A stretch of DNA of 64,000 nucleotides from Utricularia gibba (GCA_002189035.1 NEEC01000018.1:1488001-1552000), one strand, 5' to 3'. Shown: positions 27,668 through 40,927, counted from the first letter of the stretch. Numbers and translations are program-made. The notes: generated by a model from the letters alone, not told the origin.

Positions 27668-27820
27668 CTTCTGGATTTCTGATGGGCAGATTCTAACGTC
27701 AAAAAGGATCATATAGATTATGGTTTCAGATCACATACATTGAAACTTCAGCACAAGACATAATACAAACTCTCATGTTCTTACAACGCAGCTCATGGCT
27801 TTTGGGCAATCACCTTGAGC

Positions 27821-29274
27821 TTAAACAACTCTTCTCTTTCTGCAACCTCCTTCCCGTTTCCCGGTCTTTCCCCAGCTTCTGCAGCGCAGCTGCTGCTTCC
27901 ACGTTGCATTGGCAGCCCCTTTTGAAAGTGAAGCCTTTTCTTCAGGCTTACAGCGCTTGTGTATCCTTGATGAAGCTCTATGGTCTCCTTGTTTCTCCTT
28001 GGATTTGCGTTTTTTGTTCCCATCATGTTCATTGTGATGCTCAACAACTGTAGCATCGTTCTTCGGATGATCTCCAGCTGAAGAAGCAATCTCAGCAAAC
28101 CAGAGAAGGCAGTTGTCACCATTTCCCTCAGCCAACATTGTAGCCAAAGTGCTTGCAGCAAGGACATCGAGATCTATGGAAGATGGAGGTGAGCCTGATT
28201 TGCACCTTGGAGGTGAAGCCTCCTGGTTCTCTGGGCTTATGGGATACATGGAGTCTGCATCTTTAGTGGGATCATCTAAATCTGAGGCCTCATCTGCAGG
28301 GATTGCAGAATTCAAATCGATTTCGAGTACATATCCTGATAACCTCTTGGAATTCATATCAGGGATTTCATGGCCGGAAGCAGGGGTGGCATCATTCACT
28401 ATCAGACTGGTTTCTATACCGGAGGAGCTGCTACTAGGTACTGAATTCAAATCAAAGTCCATCACCAAGTTTGAATCATCAAGGTTTATAACTCCAGACT
28501 GTTCAGAAATCATAGCCTCCGATGAATCATAGGGAGTGATTGAACTTGAAACCGGCGGTTCAATCTGTATTGGTTGGTTCAGATCGATCGGAAAATCAGT
28601 TCTCCTTCCATTAGAATCTGAAAGTTCACTTTGAGCTTTCTCTCTGTGTAGATCAGCTGCTTGCAAAGGATTTCCTTCTTCAATATGCTTCCCACTGAGA
28701 GGAACCTCAAGATTAAACATGTTTCCATTACTTGAGGATGCTGGAAATAAGTGATCTTGAAAATTCACAGCTGATTTCAGAGGACTTCCTGTTGTTGTTG
28801 GCTCACAAAACGGACCCTGTGGATGCACTCCAAGCAGGAAGCTCATTTCCTGCAACACTGATGGATTCATACCGGAGAAGGCCTGCGACAACAGCCCGGA
28901 TATCGGTGAAGGCAAACAATTCTGCCTCATCTTCATTTCTTCCATCAACTCCCTCTGTCTTCCATACAGTCTATGCAGTTCCTGGACCTTGTGGGACAAC
29001 AAAATCTATGAGAATCTGAACTGCCAGCGACATAAAAGATTCAACCTTTAGACAATAACTGGAGCACCTGAAGTCGAAAAGTGGCCTCATGCTTTTGCAT
29101 TATCCACCAAACCATGCCCTTGTTGTAACTTCTGCACCTCTCCACGGGCTGCACCTGAAAGTCGTAACCTCTGTCATCTCCATATCTCTCATTTCCTGCC
29201 CAGTTGAAGCCACCTACACGTACATTAAGATTCCCATCTCTGTAATGAACAGGAATATAGTTGGTGTGCTGCAT
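27821..29274 (-). CDS. DUF863-family plant protein, shortened; start codon uncertain
   Basis: MQKHEATFRLQ/VQELHRLYGRQRELMEEM, repeated DLN motifs (IDLNQP, FDLNSVP, IDLNSA), LLWFAEI and terminal WGKT..R. Intron at about 29069-28988. Confidence 0.78.
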
Positions 29275-32200
29275 TTTGCCTGCAAAGCAGATGCAAGAAA
29301 TCCTCATTAGTCTACTGGTTACATTCAGTACATACAAATCCCAGAGATGCAAAAGATTTCGATGAAAGGAGGCAAGAAAACAGGCGCATTGTATCACTGG
29401 ATGGATAAAGAGAGAAGAAAGATCACAATGATTTTTTGGGCAGAGTTACCTAGAATGTGAAAATGCAGCAGCAAAAGTCAAAAAGAAAAACAGTACGAGA
29501 TTGGGAATCTACGCATCAGCAAAATCCTTGACTCCCTGCGGAAATAGCAACAGAACAATCAGTATCAAGGGAGAACTACAAGATCTCTGAATAAAAAATA
29601 CTAGAAACCGTAGATCAGTCGTTCCCACCATTAAAAAGAACAAAGGAAACAAAAAAAAAGGTTCGAGATTTTGTGCGTTGAAGAAAATAAGCCTGATCAG
29701 TGATCAGAGGTTAAGACAAAAGACAGAACTAAGAATATTAGAGCATTCAAAAGGGGTTTTAAGTGTACAACATTCCTGTAGTTTTGACACAGAACAACAA
29801 AAAAAAGATGCCTCTCATGATGTAAAGATAAAAACAAAGGACATCCACCACCACGCGAATCTAGAAAGGAAGGAACAAGGCAACCGAGAGATAACGAAAA
29901 CAGCAACCGTAGCCACAAAGTAGAACACATTTTGAAGGCCATAAAAGCAAAATCAGCTGTTTCAAGATAAGACCAAACCCAAAAATAATTACCAGAGAAG
30001 AGCTGAAACTCATCCAAAGACTGGTATCCGAATGGAAGCTGAACAGGCCCACAAAAGCTAAACCAGAAAAAAGATGAAAGATGGGCATTCTCAACAAGAA
30101 ACAAGCAAATGAGGAGAAGCTGTTGTTGTTGAGTCACATAGCAGGCATTGATTTTAGAAAAGAAAGAAGCTTTGGGCTTTTCAAGCAGTTCCCAGAAAAG
30201 AAGAAAGAATCCCAGAAAGCAGGCATAATTTTGTCAACAAGCAAAGGCTGAACTGAAGAAAAAGGAAAAGAAAAGGCATGTTCTTGTCCTTTGGGAAGAG
30301 AGAGGGAAAGTCATGGGGAGATTCTGGATCTGCTGGGGCCACACTCACTCACAAACTTCCTTTAAGAAAGAAAATGAAAATTGGACGTTACCAGAGTGAC
30401 TAGACTACCAAACCAGAGAGACGGGGCCATGGAAGGGATTAGGAAAGCAATTCGTGGCCCCAGACCCCGAAACTTGGTAGATGCGCATTAATGGGTAGTT
30501 AGTTCAGTGTAAAGGAAGGGGCGGTGTACATAATGCTCCCTTTTAACTTGTGAATAAAAGGCATACTTTCTACTCAGTCACGCAACAACGCTCATCCCCC
30601 ATTCCAGTCTCCAGAGAAGTGATTTCAAGATAAAAACTTTTCAATCTTTTACTGTTTGCTGAGTGTGACACTGCATAGCAAGTCTCTACTTGGTAGAAAT
30701 GTGAACATGGGATGTGATGTAGCATTCTTAGGATATACGGATCGCTCTTCCTCCAGGAGGAATCAATATCTCTCTCCCTCAACTAGTGGACTCAAATTGA
30801 CGATGATTGTGGTACGAGCTATGAAATGTACTCCATTTTGTGTCCAGAGCATTACAAGGGCGAAGCATCGTGACACTCTGCATCGCAATTTACAACCCCG
30901 ATTTTGTGATTCTTTTTCTCACAGAAGATATTTGACAAAAATCTCTCCAGGTTAACTTACAGAAATTGCAGGTGAAGCTGACAAGCTGATCTTGGAAGAA
31001 TCTGTGTTCATAGTGCAAGTGCCATAGTTATATAAAGATGGCATTGCGTTTCGGCCTGTGTGGAAGGGTTCAACTTCATCTGAAGATGACTCCAATGACT
31101 TCCTATTTAGAGACGATGCTGAATCATTTCTTCAACGTTAATCATGTGGCGCCTTTGAGAGCATATGACTCATATAGAAGAGCATTAACAATCTGCCTCA
31201 TAAAATAGTGTTCTTTGTAAAGCTTTGGCATCAGAAGAATCAAGGAAAACTGAGGCTGGCCATATCCTGCAGCAAATGGGGATAGGCGAAAAGCAATCAC
31301 GAGGAACGGCACTGAAAACCCAGAAAGTGGGGAACATCGACTTCACATTGATAGCCCGTGGAGTTCCTACGCGAACTGTAGGTATAAAACTGAAGCAATG
31401 GCAGGAACGGCCGAATTGCATCACAAATTTTAGGGAAAAAAGAAAACCTGTGGGTAAAAGAAGCGAATGGCTGCCGGTAACATGACCAGATCAGGCGCAA
31501 AATCTGGAAATGTTTCTGGGGGTCAATAACAAATAAACCATAACTGTGTCAGAGTGGATATTAGGCAATCCGGTCACAACAGGTGTAACCACAATTTTTA
31601 GGAGGATATCGGCAAATCCTTCCTTTTAAATCCTCATCAGCACTGGAAAGGTTCATCAGGCGGAGAAAGGAGATGCCTTTCTTTTCCGGGCTCCCTCCGG
31701 TGATTCTCCCTAGAAAGCGAAACATGGTAACTGCTGCTGCGATGCAGAAGCATTCCATCGACGTTCATTCCGCAAGTTTCAGAAGCGACTGCAGTATCAA
31801 CGCCGGAAACGGCGAAAAGTCATAAAGCACGGAACTTTAACATGATTTATTTTCAATTATTTCATTTTTAACCTTTTTTCCGTTTTTGTTAACTTAATTT
31901 GTTGTTTCAGAGCTGCAGGCCAGCCACAGAGCTTTCGGATCAGGAGAAACTCTCAACGTGGCGGCGAACCAGCGACGATGGTCCCACCGCCGTTTCCGCG
32001 TCGAGGAAGAAACTGCTAGATCACCTGTTAAAAAATACCACCTTATTGTTAAGTGCGGTTAGCGAGAGATCCAAGAACCAATTTTTTATCCTCCGCGGTG
32101 CCCTATTCCCTGCGGATCTTGTCCATTTCTTCGCCAATCCTTTTTGTCGTGCCTACAGAGCACCTCATTCTCTTCGATCATTCAGCGCTTATAGGCGGAT

Positions 32201-32335
32201 ATAATCAAAATCGATCATTCCCATCCATAGTATCTGCTCGAACCCCTCTTTTTTGGGGGCTTCTGGGCAGTATTATTTTCTGATTGAAGTTGCGGATTTT
32301 CCAATTCAATCAGAAAAAGGTTGGTACTGGTGTTG

Positions 32336-33778
32336 ATGGGTACCATTGCTGAGGATGAGGATTCTGCTTTGCTGGGAGATTATGTGAAATTGGAAGAGGG
32401 CAACGCCACTGATACCTCCGATGCAGAAAGTGTTGGGGATGACGAAGTGGGCTCCGATCGTTGTACAGGTTGGTGGGGATCTTGGTGGTGGTGGGTTAAA
32501 TTGGGGCTGATAGTGTCTGTTGTTGGTTTACTGGCTGCGGTCACCTTGAAATGGGTCGGGCCGTTCTTGATGGATAAGGTTATCTCCCACTCTCATGAAT
32601 TTCAAGTTCAAATCTTTCTGCATTATAGTCCTGGTACCGGTTCCCAAATTATGGAGTCACGTGTACCTCAGCTCCTAGCAGCATTATGTACTCCTACCTC
32701 ATGCGGGTTATAAATGTCTCTGTTTGTGGGTCCTTTGCTAGACATGGACATGTTTAAATGTGCATCTGTATTTTTGTGAGCTGATGCTGATAATAGTTTC
32801 TTCTGGTTGAATTGAATGGATGATTTATGATCTTTGAGACAACTCATGTATTTAGATCCTCTTAGTGCTGACAATGCTTCTTCTTTCCACGTCTAATCCT
32901 GTTCTGTATCCATATCAGGAACTCCTCCCCATTATAGTCTGGGAGAGGAAAACCTTCAGCAAACCTGTGGTAGCTCTCATAGTGTTTGGCTGCCTCGCAT
33001 TACTCCCCTGCCTTCTAATACCTTCAGCGCCGTCTATGTGGGTCGGTGGGATGACGTTTGGCTACGGTTATGGGTTTCTGCTCATCGTTGGAGGACTGAC
33101 ATTCGGCCTCTCTCTTCCATATTTCATTGGCTCCCGTTTGACTGCCAAAATCCATGTATGTGTATTTTTCATAGCTAGTTTTCTTCAAAATGGTAGATTG
33201 TTGATCCGTTGCCGTGATGTTCCAATGTCTGCTACTTACAGGATTATCTAGAACGTTACACAAAGCATGCTGCTGCAATCAAGCTTGCTGGAGAGGGGGA
33301 TTGGTTCCACCAGTGCCGAGTTGTTGCTCTGATAAGAGTTTCACCTATCCCTAATGCAGCATACAACTACCTTGCTTCAGCAACCACTGTGAAGTATGGC
33401 CCTTACCTCCTTGGCTCCCTGGTGGGGATGATACCCGAAATATTTATCTCCATTTACACGTATGTCTCTACCTCCATTTTGAATTGCTTTCCATTTGCTG
33501 ATACCTTACAGCATAGTTGTTTTCTATGCCAAACTTAATGATGTACTTCTGTGTTCATCTGCAGTGGGATCCTGATAAGGACATTGGCCGAGGCCTCACA
33601 CGATCGTCCCGCTATGACTTCAGGACAGATCGTGGTGAACATCCTTGGCTTATGCACTTCAGTAGCCACCACTGCGATAGGCACAATATATGCAAAAAGG
33701 CGATTGAAAGAACTACAAGAGCAAGAGCAGGACTTGTTGCAATCCTCGCAGGATGATTCAAGTGATGTATCACCTTGA
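32336..33778 (+). CDS. TVP38/TMEM64 (SNARE-associated Golgi protein, VTT domain) membrane protein
   Basis: WWWWVKL, LIPSAPSMWVGGMTFGYGYGF, GEGDWFHQCRVVALIRVSPIP, VKYGPYLLGSLVGMIPEIFISIYTG. Four exons in frame. Confidence 0.9.
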
Positions 33779-34018
33779 AAACCTGTAGATATCATTTATA
33801 TAGGGCTGCCAACCTTTTTTAATCGTGTGTATAGCAGCACCCAGCAGCCACGAAAAAGGAATGAATGGCATGACTGCACATTGGATTTTTTCAAATCCAG
33901 TATACATGGTTGACTCGCCATTATAAGAAAGCTTCCATTGTCTTTACAGATCTTGCTGACCACCATCATACATTTGTTGTCTGGACGAACCCACTAAGCA
34001 TATGGTAGAGTGAAAGTT

Positions 34019-35553
34019 TCAAACTTTACTGATCACTAAATCTGCATTGGTGGCTTCCCATATAGTTTTGCCATCACAAGTGCAGAGCTTTTTGTAGTTC
34101 TCACCTACTCCGGCACTACGAGCAATAACCGCAGCTGCAACACCTTCATCTGATCTGTTGTCGCTTTGGTACACAACCACAGCTCGTCCGATTAGATCTA
34201 TGACTCTCATCCTCTTCTTGATGCCTGCGTAGAAGGCCTCCCTTTGTCATTCACATCTAGTGTTCCCAGGTCACCGAGTGGCTGAAAAAATGTGGAGAGC
34301 AGTTCAATGCAAGTGAAGAAGTTGCGCTGGTTCCTCAGATACTGAGTGTGTTATAAGGAAATCTTTGGAGTACCATCTCGCCTGCATCTTTGGTTGGATT
34401 GAAAACTTTTCCGGTGCTTGCAGCACCCTTGGTTAAATTGCCAAACTCATTGATGGACCAGGCACGCCTTCCGGGTAGTAATCCGCTGAAAGTGGCTTCG
34501 ATTCGAGCCATTTCCAGGTTCACCTGAGCAATGCGGACGACTCCATACACAACAGGACCTTTGAACTCCGCAACAGCTGCTGAAACTAGATAATCTGCAA
34601 CAAAACCAACTGATCTAAGCACAAAAACAGTTATCATTTAACTGAACACAGGCATCACTTTCTTTTCGAATCTCTTCCAATGTTGGTTGATGGACAACAC
34701 AATTAACAGGAAAATGGAAGTCCAGGGAGGGTGTGGCTTACCATCAGGGACCCCCTGTCCTATTAATCTGGCTCTCTTGCCTGTCTGCTCCAATGCTTCA
34801 GTCAAGGTGTTGACGGGCGAAGTCCCAAGAACACGAACAACTTGGTTGTCTAGGTCCACAACCACCTTTTTCACCCCTGAAAGTTTTCCAATATTCAGAA
34901 AAAAGATACTTGCACCAGAAATCATTAGCAATAGTATCTTCAAGGCTCACCCTCAATGTCATGCAGTTTAGAATTCACTTCTTGAGCGCATTCACTGCAG
35001 TTCATATCCACCATAAATTCTGTCTGTTCAAAAAACTCAACAGATAAACATAAACACAATTGATGTTTAAAACAGCTTCTGCAAGACATGATCCGCGATA
35101 AACAAGTTAATGAGACCCACATCAAACGGAAGTAATGCTTTCCGAAAACTTCCACAAGCTTCTACCTTTCATTTGCCTTATGCTACTACTTTTTAGTGGA
35201 AGCCTCTCGCATTCTAGTCTATTTTTTCAGAATCCCTTGAAACTACCCTACCATAAGTTCACACAAGCCTCTGAAGTCTAACCTCGATAAAGAAAGTAGT
35301 TCTCCCTTTATGGGCCAAAAATGGAAATTCTACAGTTCTCCCATTCACAAGACAAGGGTACAAAATAGAACACTTGAAAACTCACCAGCAACTCCGGCAG
35401 CACTGCACCACCATTCTGCAGAGCGAGTCCAACAAACAAGTCAACCCACAAAAATCCATAACAGCAAATTGAATATAATGATCGGACACGGGAAAGCAAA
35501 ACCTAGTAAAGAAAATGACAAATACCAACCTGGGTCGATGTTAGCTCCTCCAT
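34019..35553 (-). CDS. CCS: Copper chaperone for superoxide dismutase, apparently the short form without transit peptide; one apparent -1 frameshift near 34241
   Basis: MEELTSTQ/NGGAVLPELL/TEFMVDMNCSEC (MxCxxC), WSINEFG, PLGDLGTL, IARSAGVGENYKKLCTCDG (CxC), C-terminal SKV. Confidence 0.92.
34259..34279 (-). promoter_or_regulatory. Putative miR398 target site in the CCS coding sequence
   Basis: mRNA ACUCGGUGACCUGGGAACACU against miR398 UGUGUUCUCAGGUCACCCCUU (recalled): paired at miRNA positions 2-17 with one G:U. CCS is a known miR398 target in Arabidopsis. Confidence 0.6.
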
Positions 35554-35946
35554 TTCTCTACAAGACTTTCCTGCCCACAAATGAAATTAGACGAAATAGA
35601 CAAGTCTCGAAAAAACCCGTCAAAAAGGAAGTCAGCCTGCAAACAACGGAGAACGCAGCCGCCGCGCCGCAAATTCTATTCTTGGATCAACGGAGAACGC
35701 CGCGCCTGCAAATAACCGCCTCGCAAATTTTACCCCTTTGACATTTATGTCTGAAGAGACATGATGTTTCCCTGCCCGTTTTAACCGTTCATGTAGAGTT
35801 GTCAATCCAGTTCGGAGGGGTAATTCGGTCAATTGACGGCATTTTTTTTCCGGACATATATAAATCCCACACGGACATCTACAAACACTCATTGCCGGTA
35901 GCCTGTAAAAGCTTCCCCAACACACATTCAGCACCGATCTTCCGCC

Positions 35947-37173
35947 ATGGGCGCCACCGAGAACGGCTCGTCGGCACGCACCTTCAAGTTCCTGATCTAC
36001 GGCCGTACAGGTTGGATCGGAGGATTGCTGGGAAAGCTCTGCGAAGCCCAGAAAATAGATTACGAATATGGTTCCGGCCGATTGGAGAACCGGGACTCAC
36101 TTTTGTCCGACATATCCGCCGTGAAGCCCACCCACGTATTCAATGCCGCCGGAGTAACCGGCCGGCCGAACGTGGACTGGTGCGAGTCGCATAAGGTGGA
36201 GACTATTCGGACAAACGTCGTGGGTACCCTGACGCTCGCCGACGTTTGCCGAGAAAAGGGGATCCTGCTGGTGAACTATGCAACTGGGTGCATTTTTGAG
36301 TACGACGAGGGACATCCACTCGGTTCCGGCGTCGGCTTCAAGGAAGAGGATACGCCTAATTTCGTCGGATCCTTTTACTCCAAGACGAAGGCAATGGTAA
36401 AGATCATGTCTTGCTTGAATCCCTTTGATTTTGGAAATCATGGGCTGCGGATCTGTTTTCAAAGATAAGATTTTGAGGGGCTTCTTGCCTTTATGTGACT
36501 GCGATGTGCCTGATTCCGGAATCTGCAGTTCCAGATGCTTCCCTTTTTCTTGGAGTATCTTGTTTCCCATGGATTTGGAACCTGGAATCCAAGATCCCAC
36601 TCTTCCTGTTGCTTATTTAGGAGGAGACCAAAGGGCGTCTGTTTTCTCAGTATCCACTGTGACTGTTGCTGCTTTCCTTTGTAATGAATCTTGCTGCTTT
36701 TGTTGTCTTCTCAGGTTGAGGAGCTGCTCAAGAACTACGAGAACGTCTGCACTCTCCGGGTCCGAATGCCCATCTCCTCCGACCTGTCGAACCCACGCAA
36801 CTTCATCACAAAGATCACACGTTACGAGAAGGTTGTCGACATACCTAACTCGATGACCATCCTGGATGAGCTTCTCCCGGTCTCTCTGGAGATGGCGAAG
36901 AGAAACCTGACAGGGATATGGAACTTCACCAACCCGGGAGTTGTGAGCCATAATGAGATACTGGAGATGTATCGTCTGTACATTGATCCCACCTTCACTT
37001 GGAAGAATTTCAGTCTCGAGGAGCAAGCTCGGGTGATAGTTGCCCCACGGAGCAACAACGAACTTGATACTAAGAAAATACAGCAGGAATTCCTAGAGCT
37101 TCTACCGATCAAGGACTCCCTGATCAAGTATGTGTTCAAGCCGAATCAGAAAACTGATGCTGCTGCAGCTTGA
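35947..37173 (+). CDS. NRS/ER: Nucleotide-rhamnose synthase/epimerase-reductase (dTDP-4-dehydrorhamnose 3,5-epimerase/reductase)
   Basis: FKFLIYGRTGWIGGLLG, THVFNAAGVTGRPNVDWCESHK, FYSKTKAM/VEELL, LRVRMPISSDL, TGIWNFTNPG. Intron 36397-36714. Confidence 0.95.
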
Positions 37174-37298
37174 GCTTCTTCGTATATGGTATCTTGTGTC
37201 ACTTGCTGCTTTCCTTTGTTGGCTTGTAGTTCTTCTCTCCTTTGGATCAAAGACGATACCGAATAAGTGGAATGAATTCTTTTGTCTCGTAGAACACT

Positions 37299-38894
37299 TT
37301 AAGGTGTGATTTCCAACAGAAGCTCGTTCACGAGGGAGGTGAAGAGCTGGTCCTCCATCTCTCGAGCAACTCCAGACCTCTCTTCACTCCATCTTCTCCA
37401 TTCCCATTCGCTTTCCGTTTCCAACACATGAGCCATCTGCGCTTTCTTCTTCACCTCCAGTTTCAGGGAGTTCGCTTTCGCTCGGGGGAGCAATTCAACG
37501 GATGTTCGGCTCTCGTATCCGGATTCCACGAGCTTGCGAGAATCTTGCTCTGCCCAACATCGGTTCACTGGTTTGATCCTGGCGAGGCTTTTGAACCTTC
37601 GGTAAATCTCTACTAGTCTGTTCTTCGCACCTAGGGACATAACACACTAAAAGATGTAAGCTTTTGTCTAATTCTCACGAACCATTTTCCATCCAATTCA
37701 TGAAGAAACATCTCACGAACAAGACAAGAGAAAACCACCTCGAATGCGAGCAAGCACTCGGTGATGGGGAGAAGTTAAGCCATCTTCTTCGTCGTGGGAC
37801 TCTTTCTTTTGGGCTGCATTGGGCCACTGTCTCTCCTCTCCCCTGCGTCCCTTCATTAGATCATAAAGCACACCCTGTAAATGCAAATGCAACCCCATTA
37901 TTAGAGTGGAAGCTATCCAGTCTTCTGATTCACCGTTTACTTCTCATACATTTACACTTCAAAATTTAATCTTGAAACTACAAACACTTCCTGTAAAGAG
38001 AAATTTTTGAACTAAAAAACGTAAGGTAGTCGAGCATTAAGCAAGACAAGAGGGAAGTTGAAGTGGGCCTGCGCCACTAGAAAAATGATTATAAGTTAGA
38101 TCTCATTGTCCCTGCGCAGAAATCAGAAAAAAATATTCAAATGTCGCCACGATCCTTCGTCTGCAACTGATGAGGCAAAGGGAAGCGTAGAGTGCTTTTT
38201 TCGTAATTTAATTTAATAAAAAATATTAAGACGTAAAACAATTTTATAAATTTAAATTAATCAGTGTAAAAAAGAAAATGGAAAATATCATCTCCAAACG
38301 CGCACGTAAATAGCATTTTACCTGTTCCTGTGAAGAGTTGTCGGTACACGCGCTGCATACCGTCTCGGGGATGGATTCCATCGAAACGTCGCCGTATCCC
38401 TCGTGTTTGGTGTCTTTTCGGTCGTCGGAAAAATATAGCACCTCCGCGGCCGCCGTCGACCCAGCGCTGGAGCAATCGGTCGCATTGACATCGCTATCGT
38501 CGGACCAGACATCAGGATTACTCCCATTCGTCGTTGACGAATTGCGGCAGCAATCTGACGGCCGAGAAACCTCACTCCTGGCGTGTTCGCTAGGGCTGCA
38601 CCGTCCGATCTCCTTTCCTCGCTGCCTACTCTTCCAGACGCCACTTCTCTCGAGTAATTTCTCAAGTATAGAAACCGATCGTTTTCGATTTAACGTGACA
38701 TTTCGCGATACGGTGGCCTTGATCGCAGATTTGCAAAGCGGTTGTTCGAATTCAGGGAGCAATGCCACGGCGGCGCAGCATCGAGTCCTGGAAATCGACG
38801 CGAATCCGTTGGATGAGCAGGAGCTCATATCCTCCAAGAGGTAATCCTTGAGCAACAACGGCCTCTGGATTTGGGCACTCGCTGCTGAATCCAT
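37299..38894 (-). CDS. Plant-specific uncharacterised protein with N-terminal LLKDYL..D.SSCSSNGF motif and DUF4378-like C-terminus
   Basis: Three exons: ...SQEQ/GVLY...LARIR/GAKNRLVEIYRRFKSLARIKPV...VAREMEDQLFTSLVNELL. Confidence 0.75.
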
Positions 38895-40361
38895 GAATAG
38901 AACAGGATCACAACGGAGAACTGAAAACTTGGAAGTTTCACGGAGCCGTCAGCAGTCCCATCGCAGAGGCAGGGATACACTCATGACTCACCAGTGAAAC
39001 TTAAATGCTCTAATAAACAAAAAAAAAATGCTTCAAAAATGAAAAAGTTTAAGGATTTTTTTAAACATATTTAATCAATTTTTTAACATATATTTCAATT
39101 TTAAAAAATACACAATTTTAATTATTTTTTCTAATTAAACCATCTTTATTTTTAGGATACATTTTTTATTTATAATTTAACTTATACTATTTAAAATAAA
39201 ATGAAATTGTTGGAAATATGAATTTAGTTATATCAAATTTAATTTTTATCAAACATTCACTATAAATAAATTACCTATTTAGAAAAAATATTCATTTTTG
39301 AATGATAATTCATAATTGATTTTATATCATTTATATTTGTGTAATGTTATTAATCCGTTTTATATTTATTTTATTTTATTTTCTTTATATTTTTTAATTA
39401 ATTATATATTTTTTTATATCAATTTGATTTTTTTAAGATAAAGTATATTTTGTAATTTTTTAGTACAATTTTGATCTAAATTAAAGGGAATCATAAATGA
39501 TCTTGAGGAGATGATGTTTGGAATACCCTGATGAATACTCACTCAAACATTTTTTGATAAAATAAGAATAATTTATAAAAAAAATGTGGAAATCATTATG
39601 AACGGAAACTTATGAATATTTAATATCATTAAAAAAAATATGCATTGTAAATTTCAAGGGTAAACTATTAACCTATTCGTACAATACCCCTCCCCCAATC
39701 GTACGTATATTAATTATATTTTGTAATGGAAATTTTTATGCCACGTGTTGACCTCGTGGAGAGGGGCCCACCAACTTTTTGTTCTGCTGCAATCACATAC
39801 CGAGTGTGATAATATATATATGCAGGAGAAATTAAAAATAAAATGGATAGGTGAATTAATATATGGTACGTGTGTGACTTATCACAAGAAATATTAGAAT
39901 GGACATCTCAAGATGGAAAGTATTAATCGGGAGAGATGAGTGACGAGGAAAATTTAAAATGTTGCTTTTAGGATTCCGTCACCCCCTTATGGTAAATCAA
40001 AGTCTTTGGGTTGCGATATAGTGAAAATTTTGTAATACACTAACAATTGTAAATGATTTGTAATCGAAGAAGAATTATAGCTTATGTGAGAAGAATGTAA
40101 AATGTGTGAGGAATAAGTTCATTATTCTTTGATCGAATGTATGAAGGAGAATGTTTTATGAGATCGTTTGAAAAGATAATATGATAGTATCTTATATTTA
40201 GAATTGAATTAATATGAAACATGAGTGATCATAATTTCTTAAATAAATGATGTAGTCCAAAGTTAAAAGAATTATAAATGTGAGTTTATATATTATGCTT
40301 CACACTATTTGGAATTGAACGAATGACAAATAATTCAAACAATTTGAATGTTCATCTCACT

Positions 40362-40465
40362 GAATAAGATGCAATATATGAATTATCAATAAGTATGAAT
40401 ACAAGAAAACAACGAATAAGATGCAATTTATGAATTATTAATAAGTATGAATACGAGAAAACAAC
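40362..40465. repeat. 52-bp near-perfect tandem duplication
   Basis: GAATAAGATGCAAT...GAAAACAAC occurs twice (40362-40413 and 40414-40465) with a few substitutions. Confidence 0.9.
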
Positions 40466-40927
40466 GTATTTATGGGATGTTTGATAGTTAGATATATAAG
40501 TTTTATATCCAAATTTATATATATATCGTTGTTTAATTAATTAAGATATATATATATATATATATATATGTCAAATTTGTATCAATATGTTATTTAAATA
40601 TTCATTTTTGGAGTATATGAATTTTTATATACAACTGAAAGTAGAAATTAATAATATCTATACTAATTCTATTTTCTATCATCAAATGTTATATAATGTT
40701 GAGTATACATTTACTTAATTATGTTATACTTAAATATATTAATTACTAAGATGAAACCACTTATTAATAATTTAAACTGTTATGATGAGACCATCTATCC
40801 ATTAAATATCTTGAATATGTGTCACTTAAATTAATTATTTAAATCTAAATATTAACAGTTGTTTTTATCGAAAATATTTGGTGATCTCAAAGATTGACCG
40901 TTGTTTAGGGTGTGGGGTGCGATCGAC

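Noticed and set aside
30975-30995. TGAAGCTGACAAGCTGATCT resembles miR167
   Set aside because: Four mismatches, and no complementary star arm at a suitable distance, so no hairpin.
15747-35553. Copper-related gene cluster (CuAO plus CCS)
   Set aside because: The two genes are about 16 kb apart with unrelated genes between them, and there is no sign of a pathway cluster.
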